Source: an uncultured Desulfobacterales bacterium (GTDB taxonomy: Bacteria > Bacteroidota > Bacteroidia > Flavobacteriales_G > Salibacteraceae). Taken from it: a stretch of DNA of 64,000 nt. The notes under the pieces were generated by a model. The model was given only the letters and a program-made list of their open reading frames with translations. It was not told the DNA's origin and did not search any database. The stretch spans positions 282 through 64,281 of the forward strand of contig CAXMPG010000082.1 of assembly GCA_964195485.1 (NCBI GenBank), read 5' to 3'. Both the position numbers and the translations under genes were made by a program. Below are positions 19,045 to 28,928 of the stretch, piece by piece (positions within the stretch are counted from its first letter, which is position 1; each line of letters begins with the position of its first letter).

Positions 19045-19734
19045 TCACAAAAACGGACTTTTACCTGAAGTTTTACTCGGGTCAATAACTACCCAAGAAT
19101 TGGCCATGGTGATAACCACAATTTCTAACAAAGATTGGGCATGTAATTTTTGCCTTAGATTAGTTATGTGAGCGCGAATGGCTGGCTCATTTTTTTCTAA
19201 CTCTTCTGAAATCTGCTTCACATTGTAATTATGACATAGCAATATTAATACGTGCTCTTCTCCTCCAGTTAATTTGGGCTTTGGTCTTGGAAATACGTGT
19301 TTAGGTTTGTTTACCCAAAACTCTTTAGGGATGTGATAATTAGGAGAATAACCCTGTTTTTTTACGTCAGAAATAATTTGATTAATGGTCAAGTTGTTTA
19401 ATTCACTGGGGTTGATGTAACCCGCCACTTTGTATTCTTGTAAAAAACCAATAAGCTCAGATGGTAGACTAGATCCTAGAATTATTACCGCCACTTCGCC
19501 CAGTTTTTTAAGGTTTTCTGGGCTACTTACTTTCATGAAGTTTAGTGCAGGCTTTAAAAATAAGAGGTGGTCATTGGTCGTTTTACTAAGTATAAAATTT
19601 TGGAGCTCTACATTCTTACTACCAATATATCCAATATCAAATTCAGAATCTTTCAATAACTGTTGAAAGTCTTGAAGTAAACTGGTCTTGCTTGATAATA
19701 TAGATAAATAGGTTTTCTGCATTCGTCTTTTCAA
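19045..19734 (-). CDS. LuxR-type HTH regulator with degenerate receiver-like N-terminus
   Basis: LTGGEEHVLILLC...VKQISEEL...IRAHITNLRQKL. No clear acidic pocket or phospho-Asp. Confidence 0.75.
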   Translation of the reverse strand: MKRRMQKTYLSILSSKTSLLQDFQQLLKDSEFDIGYIGSKNVELQNFILSKTTNDHLLFLKPALNFMKVSSPENLKKLGEVAVIILGSSLPSELIGFLQEYKVAGYINPSELNNLTINQIISDVKKQGYSPNYHIPKEFWVNKPKHVFPRPKPKLTGGEEHVLILLCHNYNVKQISEELEKNEPAIRAHITNLRQKLHAQSLLEIVVITMANSWVVIDPSKTSGKSPFL

Positions 19735-19936
19735 ATAAAGAAGTGCAAATTAGTAAAAGTGGGATCATTATCGGACTTAAATAATTGAATTATTGTTCGC
19801 ATTATTTTGCGTTCTGATTTCCAGTAAGAAAAAAAGTGAAATAATTTTTAGGGCGCTAAATAACCGCATAACCTTTAAAACTTACCGTTAACTAAAATTA
19901 ACACAACCACATTATATTAATGGTTAAAATTGTAGT

Positions 19937-20626
19937 GTGATAAAACTAACTGGTATAAACAAATCCTATAAAGTAGGTAACCGTAGTCTTCAAGTTTTAA
20001 AAAATGTAAACCTACATATTAAAGCGGGCGAAATGGTATCTATTATGGGATCTTCAGGTTCAGGAAAGTCGACTCTTCTTAATATTCTGGGTATTTTAGA
20101 TACCTATGATGATGGAGAATATTTATTAAATGATGCGCTTATTTTAGGAATGAATGAAACTAAAGCGGCACGTCATCGTAACAAGATGATTGGCTTTATC
20201 TTTCAATCATTTAACCTCATTACCTTTAAAAATGCAATGGAAAACGTTGCACTACCTCTTTACTACCAAGGAATGAGTCGTAAAAAGCGTAATGCTTTGG
20301 CTTTAGAATACCTAGATAGAGTTGGACTAAAAGAATGGGCAGAACACATGCCAAGTGAAATGAGTGGAGGTCAAAAACAGCGTGTAGCAATTGCGAGAGC
20401 ATTGATTTCTAAACCTAAAATTATTTTAGCTGATGAGCCTACAGGTGCTTTAGATAGTAAAACATCGGTAGATGTAATGAAGCTACTTAGAGAAATAAAT
20501 CAAGAAGGAATTACCATAATAATTGTCACCCACGAGAAAGATATTGCCGATGCTACGGATCGAAATATTGTATTAAAAGATGGTGAAGTAATGACGGTGA
20601 ATAAAGCCGGAGAAGTAATATCTTAA
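19937..20626 (+). CDS. ABC transporter ATP-binding protein (MacB/LolD-like)
   Basis: GSSGSGKST, MSGGQKQR, LADEPTG and VTH. Confidence 0.93.
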   Translation: MIKLTGINKSYKVGNRSLQVLKNVNLHIKAGEMVSIMGSSGSGKSTLLNILGILDTYDDGEYLLNDALILGMNETKAARHRNKMIGFIFQSFNLITFKNAMENVALPLYYQGMSRKKRNALALEYLDRVGLKEWAEHMPSEMSGGQKQRVAIARALISKPKIILADEPTGALDSKTSVDVMKLLREINQEGITIIIVTHEKDIADATDRNIVLKDGEVMTVNKAGEVIS

Positions 20627-20649
20627 ACAATCAAGTCAGAAAGAAGTCA

Positions 20650-21879
20650 ATGTTTGATATAGAAAAATGGCAAGAAATATTTGATGTGGTAAAGGCCAAT
20701 AAGTTGCGCACTTTCCTCACCGCGTTCTCGGTATCGTGGGGTATTTTCATGCTCATTATTTTACTTGGAGCAGGTCAGGGTTTACGTAATGGTTTTGAGG
20801 CGGAGTTTAAAGATGATGCTATTAATAGTGTGTGGATTCGTACTGGAAATACGTCAATGGCGTATAAAGGAATGAAACCAAATAGACGTATTCAGTTAAC
20901 GAATGAGGATTTTGATTTAATTAAAAATTCGTTTGAAGATATTGACCATATTACTGGTAGAGATGGTGGTTGGGGCGCTCAAATGGATTACAAAGAAAAA
21001 ACGGGTAATTTCCCGTATCGTGGGGTTCATCCAGATCATCAGGTATTAGAAAATACGATTATGATTACCGGTCGGTTTTTGAATAATACCGATGTAAGAG
21101 AAAAAACGAAAGTGGCTATTATTGGACAAGATGTGGTAGTTGAACTTTTTGGAAATGAAGACCCTATTGGTAAATATTTCTCCATGTGGAAAGTGCCATT
21201 TAAAGTTATTGGAACGTTTAATGATGAAGGTAGCAGATGGGAGAATAAGATGGTATATATACCAGTGTCTACTGCGCAACAAGTGTTTGGAGGGAAGCCT
21301 AACCTGGATCAAGTGATGTTCACTACCGGAACGACTCCCCAAGATAGAGTAACCCAAATTGTAGAAGAAACCACCCAAATGTTATCGGATAAACTGGTTT
21401 TTGACCCAAGTGATTCTAAAGCGATGTACGCGCGAAATAATGCGGAGGAATACAAAATGTTTACTGGAATTTTTACCGGAATTAATGCTTTCGTATGGAT
21501 TATTGGAGTGATGACCATTATTGCTGGAGTGGTTGGGATTAGCAACATAATGATGATTACCGTTAAAGAAAGAACCAAAGAAATTGGGATACGAAAGGCT
21601 TTAGGCGCTACACCAGGTTCGGTAGTTTCAATGATACTATTGGAGGCAGTTGTTATTACTACCATTGCGGGTTATACAGGATTGGTATTGGGCGTTTTTT
21701 CGTTGGAATATATTTCTACTTTAGCCAGTGAACCCGGTACATTTATGAACCCAGGTGTTGATTTTACCGTAGCATTAACTTCTACTTTAGTATTAGTGGT
21801 TGCAGGTAGTATTGCAGGATTAATTCCGGCTCTTCAAGCAGCCAAAGTAAAACCCATTGTAGCACTTAGAGACGAATAG
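20650..21879 (+). CDS. ABC transporter permease (MacB/FtsX)
   Basis: NKLRTFLT, VKERTKEIGIRKALGA and PIVALRDE. Confidence 0.92.
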   Translation: MFDIEKWQEIFDVVKANKLRTFLTAFSVSWGIFMLIILLGAGQGLRNGFEAEFKDDAINSVWIRTGNTSMAYKGMKPNRRIQLTNEDFDLIKNSFEDIDHITGRDGGWGAQMDYKEKTGNFPYRGVHPDHQVLENTIMITGRFLNNTDVREKTKVAIIGQDVVVELFGNEDPIGKYFSMWKVPFKVIGTFNDEGSRWENKMVYIPVSTAQQVFGGKPNLDQVMFTTGTTPQDRVTQIVEETTQMLSDKLVFDPSDSKAMYARNNAEEYKMFTGIFTGINAFVWIIGVMTIIAGVVGISNIMMITVKERTKEIGIRKALGATPGSVVSMILLEAVVITTIAGYTGLVLGVFSLEYISTLASEPGTFMNPGVDFTVALTSTLVLVVAGSIAGLIPALQAAKVKPIVALRDE

Positions 21880-21882
21880 CCA

Positions 21883-23124
21883 ATGTTTGATGTAGATAGA
21901 TGGTCTGAGATATACCAAACGTTAAGCAAGAACAAATTGCGAAGTGCACTGACTGCTTTTGGAGTGGTTTGGGGTATTATTATGCTAATTGTAATGTTGG
22001 GAGCGGGTTCAGGATTAAAGAACGGGGTTTCAAAAGATTTTGCAGGCAAGGTAGCTAATAGCGTTTTCGTTTGGTCACAATCGACTTCAATACCTTACAA
22101 GGGATTTAAAAAAGGAAGATGGGTTCGTTTAGATAATGATGATACGGAAGCTCTACGAGAAATCCCTGCGCTTGATTTATTATCACCAGGTTTACAGCTT
22201 GGAGGTTGGAGAGGCGCCAATAATGTGACATATAAGAGTCGTACAGGCGCATTTGAAATTAACGGTTTTGCACCTGAAGTCCAACATATTAAATTGCTTA
22301 AAATGCAAACAGGTCGTTTCTTGAATGATAGAGATATGGCCGAGGACCGTAAAGTCTGTGTGATTGGAAAAATTACTGAGGCAACCTTATTTCCAGAGGA
22401 AGAACCCATAGGTAAATACATCAAAATTAATGGCGTGTATTTTCAAGTAGTGGGTACGTTTCATTCGGGTTTAAAAGGAGATGATTCAGAAGACGAAGAC
22501 CGATCTATTTATATTCCGTTTACTACTTTTCAAAAAGCCTTTAATCAAGGTAATATGGTGCATTGGTACGTAATGACCAGTAAAAAAGGAATCAAAGTGA
22601 GTGTGGTAGAAGATGAAGCTAAAGCCATATTAAAACAACGACACAACGTTCACCCAAATGATCCTCGCGCAATTGGCGGGTGGAATATGGAGAAAGAAGT
22701 AGATAAATTCAACATGATTTTTGGCGGAATTCAGGCGCTTTCCTGGTTTGTTGGCGTATTGACTTTATTAGCTGGAGTAATTGGAATTTCTAATATTATG
22801 CTCATTATTATTAGAGAAAGAACCCAAGAAATTGGTGTGCGTAGAGCGCTTGGTGCGACACCTATAAACATTGTAGTTCAAATAGTTTTAGAGTCCATGA
22901 TTTTAACCCTGATAAGTGGAATAATAGGAATTATTATTGGCGTTTGGTTATTAGAATTTGCCGGGCCATATATTCAACACGATTATTTTTCAAATCCTGA
23001 AGTACAATTCTCCGTAGTCCTTGCTGCGTTTGGAATTTTGATTTTATCCGGAGTATTGGCAGGTATAATTCCATCGTTAAGGGCAGTAAAGATTAAACCA
23101 ATTGAAGCATTAAGAACAGAATAA
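21883..23124 (+). CDS. ABC transporter permease (MacB/FtsX)
   Basis: NKLRSALT, IRERTQEIGVRRALGA and PIEALRTE. Confidence 0.92.
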   Translation: MFDVDRWSEIYQTLSKNKLRSALTAFGVVWGIIMLIVMLGAGSGLKNGVSKDFAGKVANSVFVWSQSTSIPYKGFKKGRWVRLDNDDTEALREIPALDLLSPGLQLGGWRGANNVTYKSRTGAFEINGFAPEVQHIKLLKMQTGRFLNDRDMAEDRKVCVIGKITEATLFPEEEPIGKYIKINGVYFQVVGTFHSGLKGDDSEDEDRSIYIPFTTFQKAFNQGNMVHWYVMTSKKGIKVSVVEDEAKAILKQRHNVHPNDPRAIGGWNMEKEVDKFNMIFGGIQALSWFVGVLTLLAGVIGISNIMLIIIRERTQEIGVRRALGATPINIVVQIVLESMILTLISGIIGIIIGVWLLEFAGPYIQHDYFSNPEVQFSVVLAAFGILILSGVLAGIIPSLRAVKIKPIEALRTE

Positions 23125-23134
23125 ATATATTGAA

Positions 23135-24238
23135 ATGAAATTAGCAATAAGATTAGGAATTTTTGTAGCCATTTTAGGCGTGTTCGGGTATACCATGTAT
23201 TATTTATACATGAAAAATGAAGCACCAAAAGTGACCTATAAAGTAGAAATGCCTTTTGAAAGTGAAGTGCTTAAAAAAACAGTAGCTACAGGTTCAGTGG
23301 TTCCAAGAAAAGAGATTCTGATTAAGCCTGTGGTGTCTGGTATTATTGATAAAGTGTACGTAGAGGCGGGGTCAATGATTAAGAAGGGTGATATTATTGC
23401 ACGGGTAAAAATCATTCCAAATATGGTGAATCTAAACAATGCAGAAAACAGGGTTCAACGAGCTACTATTGATTTAGATAACACGAAAATTGACTATAAC
23501 CGGAATGAAAAATTACATGTGGATGGCGTTATTTCAAAAGCCGAATTCCAAGTGTTTCAATTGCGTTTAAAAAGTGCTGAACTAGAAGTGGGTGCCGCAA
23601 ATGATAATCTTCAAATTATTAGAGAAGGGGTAAGTAAATCAAGTAAATCGGCTTCAAATACATTGATTAAAAGCACGATATCAGGTATGGTGCTAGATGT
23701 TCCCGTAAAAGAAGGTAATCAAGTTATTGAATCAAACACGTTTAACGAGGGTACTACTATTGCATCGGTTGCAGATATGACAGACATGATTTTTCTAGGG
23801 AAATTGGATGAGTCGGAAGTGGGTAAAGTGACGGAAGGAATGGATTTAATTTTAACTATTGGCGCCTTACAGGATTTAACTTTAGGTGCAGTTTTAGAGT
23901 ACATCGCTCCAAAAGGGGTTGAAGAAAACGGAGCAATTCAATTTGAGATTAAAGCCAAAATTAATCCAGAAGATTTAGCGGCTAATTTTATTCGAAGTGG
24001 GTATAGTGCCAATGCTTCTATTGTATTGGATAAGGCTGACTCTACCATGGTTTTAAAAGAAAGTTTGGTGGAGTATGTAGGTGACTCCGCTTTTGTATAT
24101 GTACAAACGAAGCCGCAAGTATTTAATCGTACAGAAATCCAAGTAGGTTTATCTGATGGAATAATTGTAGTCGTAAAAAGCGGAATTACGTTAGAAAGTG
24201 AATTAAGAGGCCGAGAAGAAATGGAGTCAACGGATTAA
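23135..24238 (+). CDS. Periplasmic adaptor subunit (MacA/HlyD-like)
   Basis: N-terminal TM, lipoyl half motifs (IKPVVSGII, IKSTISGMV), helical hairpin and GLSDG. Confidence 0.88.
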   Translation: MKLAIRLGIFVAILGVFGYTMYYLYMKNEAPKVTYKVEMPFESEVLKKTVATGSVVPRKEILIKPVVSGIIDKVYVEAGSMIKKGDIIARVKIIPNMVNLNNAENRVQRATIDLDNTKIDYNRNEKLHVDGVISKAEFQVFQLRLKSAELEVGAANDNLQIIREGVSKSSKSASNTLIKSTISGMVLDVPVKEGNQVIESNTFNEGTTIASVADMTDMIFLGKLDESEVGKVTEGMDLILTIGALQDLTLGAVLEYIAPKGVEENGAIQFEIKAKINPEDLAANFIRSGYSANASIVLDKADSTMVLKESLVEYVGDSAFVYVQTKPQVFNRTEIQVGLSDGIIVVVKSGITLESELRGREEMESTD

Positions 24239-24276
24239 GTTGGCTCAGCGAAAATCATTCTCGAAAATCTAGATCC

Positions 24277-26223
24277 TTAGTTATCGAAATTCATTACATG
24301 GATATCTTTGAAGGACACAAAAAAGTGACATCCATTTTCTGAACGAAAAGTCAGTTTTCCGTGTAACTGTTTAGCTAATCCGGTAACTAACTGAAGGCCC
24401 AAGCTTTGTAGTTTATTAATGTCAAAATCACTTGGTAAGCCATCTCCATTATCTCTAACATGGAGTAAATAAAAATCGGATTCTGATTTTTCAATAGAAA
24501 CCTCTAATGTTGGATTCTTGTTGGTCATTCCGTATTTAAGAGCATTAGTAACCAATTCGTTAACCATCAAACCTAAAGGGATAGACGTGTCAATGTCAAA
24601 TGAAATATGTGGCACCGAAATAACGAGCTCAATATGCCCATCTTTGTTATAAATTTTGGTTATGTCTCCCACTAATTTCTTGATGTACTCATCAAAAAAC
24701 ATTTTCAAATCATCGTGCTGATATAATTTCTTATGAATAAGAGCCATAGCGTTTATTCTGTTTTTACCCTCTAAAGCAATAGCCCTAAAAGTTTCGTCTT
24801 CTATGGATGAAGCTTGCAGCTCTAATAAACTAGAAACTATCTGAAAATTATTTTTTACGCGATGGTGAATCTCCTTTAATAGGATTGCTTTCTCTGAATC
24901 TTTCTTCTGAATCTCATCCCGCTGTTTGGTTATTTGAATGTTTTTCTTCTCTAATTCTCGTTCTTTACTTTGACGAAGAACCAAATAGAAAATACTCAAT
25001 AAGAAAGAAAACCCGCCCAGAATAGCTATGATGAAATACATTTTGGTTTTTTCTTGTTCTTTTTCAAGCTCTATTTCTTGCTGTTGTTTAAGTTGTTTGG
25101 TTTCGTAACTAGCCAATGATTCTGCTAATTCTTCGGTGTATATTCTCCGGATAACCTTAATGGATGACTCGCTGTAATGATACGCGTTTTCGTTTTGACC
25201 TAGCCTGTTATACATCTTGGAGATTTCAAAATAGACGTAGTATAAATCGTTTAAATTTAAATCTTCCTTAGATTTCAAAATTAAATTCTTAGAAAAACCA
25301 TCTAAGTCGGTTACCTCAAACAGGTTAAAAATATAATCACTTTCTGGAGACGGGATAGTTACTGTACCTAGGTAGCCCGCAAAATAGGAGTAACTTAATA
25401 ATTTGCTTTTGGGATTATTATACACCTCCATTAACAGTTTTAAGGTCTCCTTTTCTTTATCTCCCTGGTACGTATACGCATTAATCAAATGGAATAGGGT
25501 AGAGGTGTGATAGTCACTATGGGTTTGATATTGATTATCTAATGCTAAAGACTCTTCACTTACCCGAATAAACTCATCTAAATCTCCTGTGGATATTAAA
25601 AAATCAGCGTAAAAATATAAAGAACAGATAATTAGATTTGTGTCTTTAATTTCTCGAGCTATTTTTTCAGATTCCAAACAACTTATCATTCCATCTTTGG
25701 CGTTTCTTTTAATTTGAAACATTACCAAATGATGCGTGTTAGCTAAAATTTTAGCCCTTTTAACATCGCGGTCATTTGGGTTAAACTGATCGATGTATGC
25801 TTCTAATTTTTGCTGCCTTTTTGTAGATAGTTCAATTTCACTAACGTCATCTAAATTGCTAATTATTAGCCAATTAATCCTAACGTACGGATAGTCTATT
25901 TGACTCTTAGATTCGGGTTCCTGAATATTGTTTTGAATGTACGTGTTTAATAAAACAAGATCTGTTTTTTCAGAATCTATAATGTGTTGAAAAAACCCTA
26001 AGTATTGAGAGTAAGAAACATCAGCGTTACTAGCAATAAGATTTAGGATAGTGCTGAATTCATTGGTAACATCTAAATGAGGGATATTGGCTTGGGCAAA
26101 TTCAATATCACCTTTTAAAATAGCGGCTTCTACTTCCGTTAATAAAGAGTCTTCTTGAGCGCTCAAGCTTGAAAGTAGGCAGAGATTAAAGAGTAAGGTG
26201 AGAGTAAGGAGTATGTGTTTCAT
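24277..26223 (-). CDS. Sensor histidine kinase (HisKA_2 type) with large helical periplasmic domain
   Basis: LLKEIHHRVKNNFQ, NELVTNALKYG, DNGDG and SLGLQLV, plus a signal peptide and one TM. Confidence 0.9.
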   Translation of the reverse strand: MKHILLTLTLLFNLCLLSSLSAQEDSLLTEVEAAILKGDIEFAQANIPHLDVTNEFSTILNLIASNADVSYSQYLGFFQHIIDSEKTDLVLLNTYIQNNIQEPESKSQIDYPYVRINWLIISNLDDVSEIELSTKRQQKLEAYIDQFNPNDRDVKRAKILANTHHLVMFQIKRNAKDGMISCLESEKIAREIKDTNLIICSLYFYADFLISTGDLDEFIRVSEESLALDNQYQTHSDYHTSTLFHLINAYTYQGDKEKETLKLLMEVYNNPKSKLLSYSYFAGYLGTVTIPSPESDYIFNLFEVTDLDGFSKNLILKSKEDLNLNDLYYVYFEISKMYNRLGQNENAYHYSESSIKVIRRIYTEELAESLASYETKQLKQQQEIELEKEQEKTKMYFIIAILGGFSFLLSIFYLVLRQSKERELEKKNIQITKQRDEIQKKDSEKAILLKEIHHRVKNNFQIVSSLLELQASSIEDETFRAIALEGKNRINAMALIHKKLYQHDDLKMFFDEYIKKLVGDITKIYNKDGHIELVISVPHISFDIDTSIPLGLMVNELVTNALKYGMTNKNPTLEVSIEKSESDFYLLHVRDNGDGLPSDFDINKLQSLGLQLVTGLAKQLHGKLTFRSENGCHFFVSFKDIHVMNFDN

Positions 26224-26392
26224 GAAAAACCCATTTAAAGATGTTAATTGAATTGTAAGTGACTATTCTCTTGAACTCAAATTAAGCGAATTAGCGTTAC
26301 AATACCTAAGTTTAAATATACTTAATAAGTTAGGACTATAGATGTGGGGCACCTTTAGGGTCTTTCAAAGAAATTGGAACGTATAATGGGTA

Positions 26393-27403
26393 TTAGTTAT
26401 TCAGATAAAATCTTCCGGCATTTTCTGTTGCTTCATCCATGTCGTGAAATTGAAAATGGGTAGTATCAACAAACTTTTGATTGCTAAATGAATTATGTGA
26501 AATGGCTGATTTAGCCGATTCTGAGGTGACAGCTGGTGCTGTTCGCGTAATAAATGAGCGCACTTTTTCAAGCCTCCAAGAAAGGTCTACCAAAATCCCT
26601 TTAACTAAAATAGACGGAGGTTTCACCCTTAATGAGTGCGCAATTTTAGTGAATAAATTTTTGTAACTCATGTTTTCACCAATTAGCAAAAACCGTTCGG
26701 ATTCAATGTCACTTTCCATTAATAAAAACATAGAGTCAGCTACATCTCTAACATCTACAAACGCATTTGAACCTCCAGTATAAAACTTTAATCCTTTTTT
26801 AATCGTTCCAAATAAAGTACCGCTGGAACGTGTTAAATCTCCAGGTCCTATAACTACACAAGGATTTACCATAACAGAAGGTAAGCCTTCCGCAACTCCA
26901 CGCCATACTTCGTTTTCGGCATAGTGTTTACTGATAGCATAGCTAGAAGAAACCTCTTCTTCATTCCAAGAGTTGGACTCCACAATAATCCCTTCGTCTT
27001 TAGATTTTCCTACGGCAGCCGTTGAACTTACGTAACACAGTTTTTTTATGCCTTTTTCAAGACATGCATTTACAACGTTCGTAGTGCCTTCAATGTTAAT
27101 TTTGTAGAGTTTTTGCTTTTCTTTTGGGTCAAAAGAAACCAATGCGGCCGTGTGGTAAACCTTACTCACTCCTTGCATTGCTTCTTCCAATGAAAGGATG
27201 TCGGTAATATCTCCAATAACCCATTCAATAGTAGCAAAAAGGCTTTCAGATTGGTAAAATGAAAATACTTTTTTTACCGTTTCTAAATCTGAATTGGTAC
27301 GTTTAAGCGCGCGAATGGAAGCCCCTTCTTTAGCTAGTTTTAGTAATAAGTGCGTGCCTATTAAGCCAGTTCCTCCAGTAACAAAAACGATTTCTTTATG
27401 CAT
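26393..27403 (-). CDS. NAD-dependent epimerase/dehydratase
   Basis: VTGGTGLIG, HTAA and YAISK. Confidence 0.88.
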   Translation of the reverse strand: MHKEIVFVTGGTGLIGTHLLLKLAKEGASIRALKRTNSDLETVKKVFSFYQSESLFATIEWVIGDITDILSLEEAMQGVSKVYHTAALVSFDPKEKQKLYKINIEGTTNVVNACLEKGIKKLCYVSSTAAVGKSKDEGIIVESNSWNEEEVSSSYAISKHYAENEVWRGVAEGLPSVMVNPCVVIGPGDLTRSSGTLFGTIKKGLKFYTGGSNAFVDVRDVADSMFLLMESDIESERFLLIGENMSYKNLFTKIAHSLRVKPPSILVKGILVDLSWRLEKVRSFITRTAPAVTSESAKSAISHNSFSNQKFVDTTHFQFHDMDEATENAGRFYLNN

Positions 27404-27408
27404 TATCA

Positions 27409-27416
27409 CAAAGGTA
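27409..27416 (-). promoter_or_regulatory. -7 promoter element (TACCTTTG)
   Basis: Exact TAnnTTTG, ending 5 nt before ATG 27403. Confidence 0.6.
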
Positions 27417-27609
27417 ATCTCAAAATGCTTAGCGATATATTCTCTTTGCGAATTTTGCTTGAAATAAAATAAAATTTCTTGAATTATAGCCCCAGATGAT
27501 AGTCGCTATTTAAGGATGAAATCATTCACTTTATTTTTTTCATAAAAAACACTATTTACGCCATTTTGGAAGCCATTTTCGCTTTAATTTGATGTATAAG
27601 TAATAAGTA

Positions 27610-28320
27610 ATGGATTCCAGTATTAAGAAAAATAAATACGCTGTAATTGGCTTAGGTCAATTTGGTAGTGCAATAGCAAGAACACTTACAGAAAGAGGTT
27701 CGGAGGTTTTAGCTATTGATATTGATAGTAAGAAAATTGATAATATAAAGGGCGTTGTTCGCAAGGCTATTCAATTAAATACGACCAACTTTCATGCGTT
27801 AGAATCTCAAAATATTGAGGATTTTGAAGCGATAGTAGTGGCTATTGGAAAAGATTTTGAAGCCTTATTGCTAACTGCTGTTCATTTAAAGGAATTAGGA
27901 GTAAACAGAATTATTGTTCGTGCTAACGGTCCGCAACAACGCATGATTTTAGAGCAAATTGGCTTTAATGAAATCCTTTCTCCAGAGCAAGAAGTGGGAA
28001 TTTCGGTCGCGGAAAGGTTATTGAATCCAAGTATCTTATCTTCGTTACAATTACGTGATGAATATGAAATTGTAGAAATAAAAGCGCCAAATCGTATTTT
28101 AGGCCGTAGCCTAGAAGAGCTTTCTCTGAGAGAGCGATTTAAACTTACGGTGGTTACCATTAAACGGGAGTATAAAAATGGGGTGAAAGAAAATGGCGAA
28201 CAAAAATTTGAAAAACATGTGCTTGGAGTACCTTCCCCATCCACTATTATTCAAAACGGAGATACATTAATAGTTTTTGGTAAGTCATCAGATATTGAGC
28301 AATTTACCATCAATAATTAA
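27610..28320 (+). CDS. TrkA/KtrA family potassium uptake regulatory (RCK) subunit
   Basis: VIGLGQFG TrkA_N domain and C-terminal TrkA_C (GDTLIVFG). Confidence 0.87.
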   Translation: MDSSIKKNKYAVIGLGQFGSAIARTLTERGSEVLAIDIDSKKIDNIKGVVRKAIQLNTTNFHALESQNIEDFEAIVVAIGKDFEALLLTAVHLKELGVNRIIVRANGPQQRMILEQIGFNEILSPEQEVGISVAERLLNPSILSSLQLRDEYEIVEIKAPNRILGRSLEELSLRERFKLTVVTIKREYKNGVKENGEQKFEKHVLGVPSPSTIIQNGDTLIVFGKSSDIEQFTINN

Positions 28321-28328
28321 ATTAATAA

Positions 28329-28928
28329 TTGAGTAATTCAACATCAAATATACTAAACGACAAATCGTTATTTGAATCTTTTTTCAAAGATCAATATGGT
28401 TCTTTGTGCCGATTTGCGTACGGTTTTTTGAAGGATAATGATGATGCGGAAGAAATAGTACAAGGATGTTTCGTAAAACTTTGGGAAGATCGAAAAACGT
28501 TGGTTATCGGTAATAATCCTAAACCATACTTATTCTCTATGGTGCGAAACTCATGTTTAAATCAGATAAAGCATATTTCTGTTAGAGAAGATTTCAAAGC
28601 CCATAATGAGCGTGAAATTATTGCTAGCGAGGCCATGGAGGAAGAAATAGACACCCATTCTTTGCAAGAAAAAGTAAGTGAAGCTATTCAGAAAATGCCT
28701 CCGCAACGGAAGCGAATTTTTGAGATGAGCAGGTTTGATGGATTGAAATATAAAGAAATTGCCGCCCATTTGAACATATCTGTAAAAACGGTTGAAAACC
28801 ATATGGGTAGCGCAATGAAGAGTTTGAGAGTAGATCTAAAAGATTACTTACACCTCGCAATAGTGGTTTATTTTATTGACGGACTAGGGGATTTTGTTTT
28901 TTCAATTGTCTTAACGGTGGCTTCATGA
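28329..28928 (+). CDS. ECF sigma-70 factor (FecI-like, Bacteroidota expansion type)
   Basis: AEEIVQGCFVKLWE, and MPPQRKRIFEMSRFDGLKYKEIA...TVENHM. Confidence 0.9.
   Translation: MSNSTSNILNDKSLFESFFKDQYGSLCRFAYGFLKDNDDAEEIVQGCFVKLWEDRKTLVIGNNPKPYLFSMVRNSCLNQIKHISVREDFKAHNEREIIASEAMEEEIDTHSLQEKVSEAIQKMPPQRKRIFEMSRFDGLKYKEIAAHLNISVKTVENHMGSAMKSLRVDLKDYLHLAIVVYFIDGLGDFVFSIVLTVAS
28882..28910 (+). promoter_or_regulatory. Putative ECF sigma promoter GACTAGGGG-N15-TTGTC upstream of fecR-like gene
   Basis: Same motif and spacing as at 32119-32147. Confidence 0.55.

Noticed and set aside
18953-19171. 72-aa plus-strand ORF overlapping luxR
   Set aside because: It has a TTG start, runs through a terminator hairpin and overlaps luxR in antisense.
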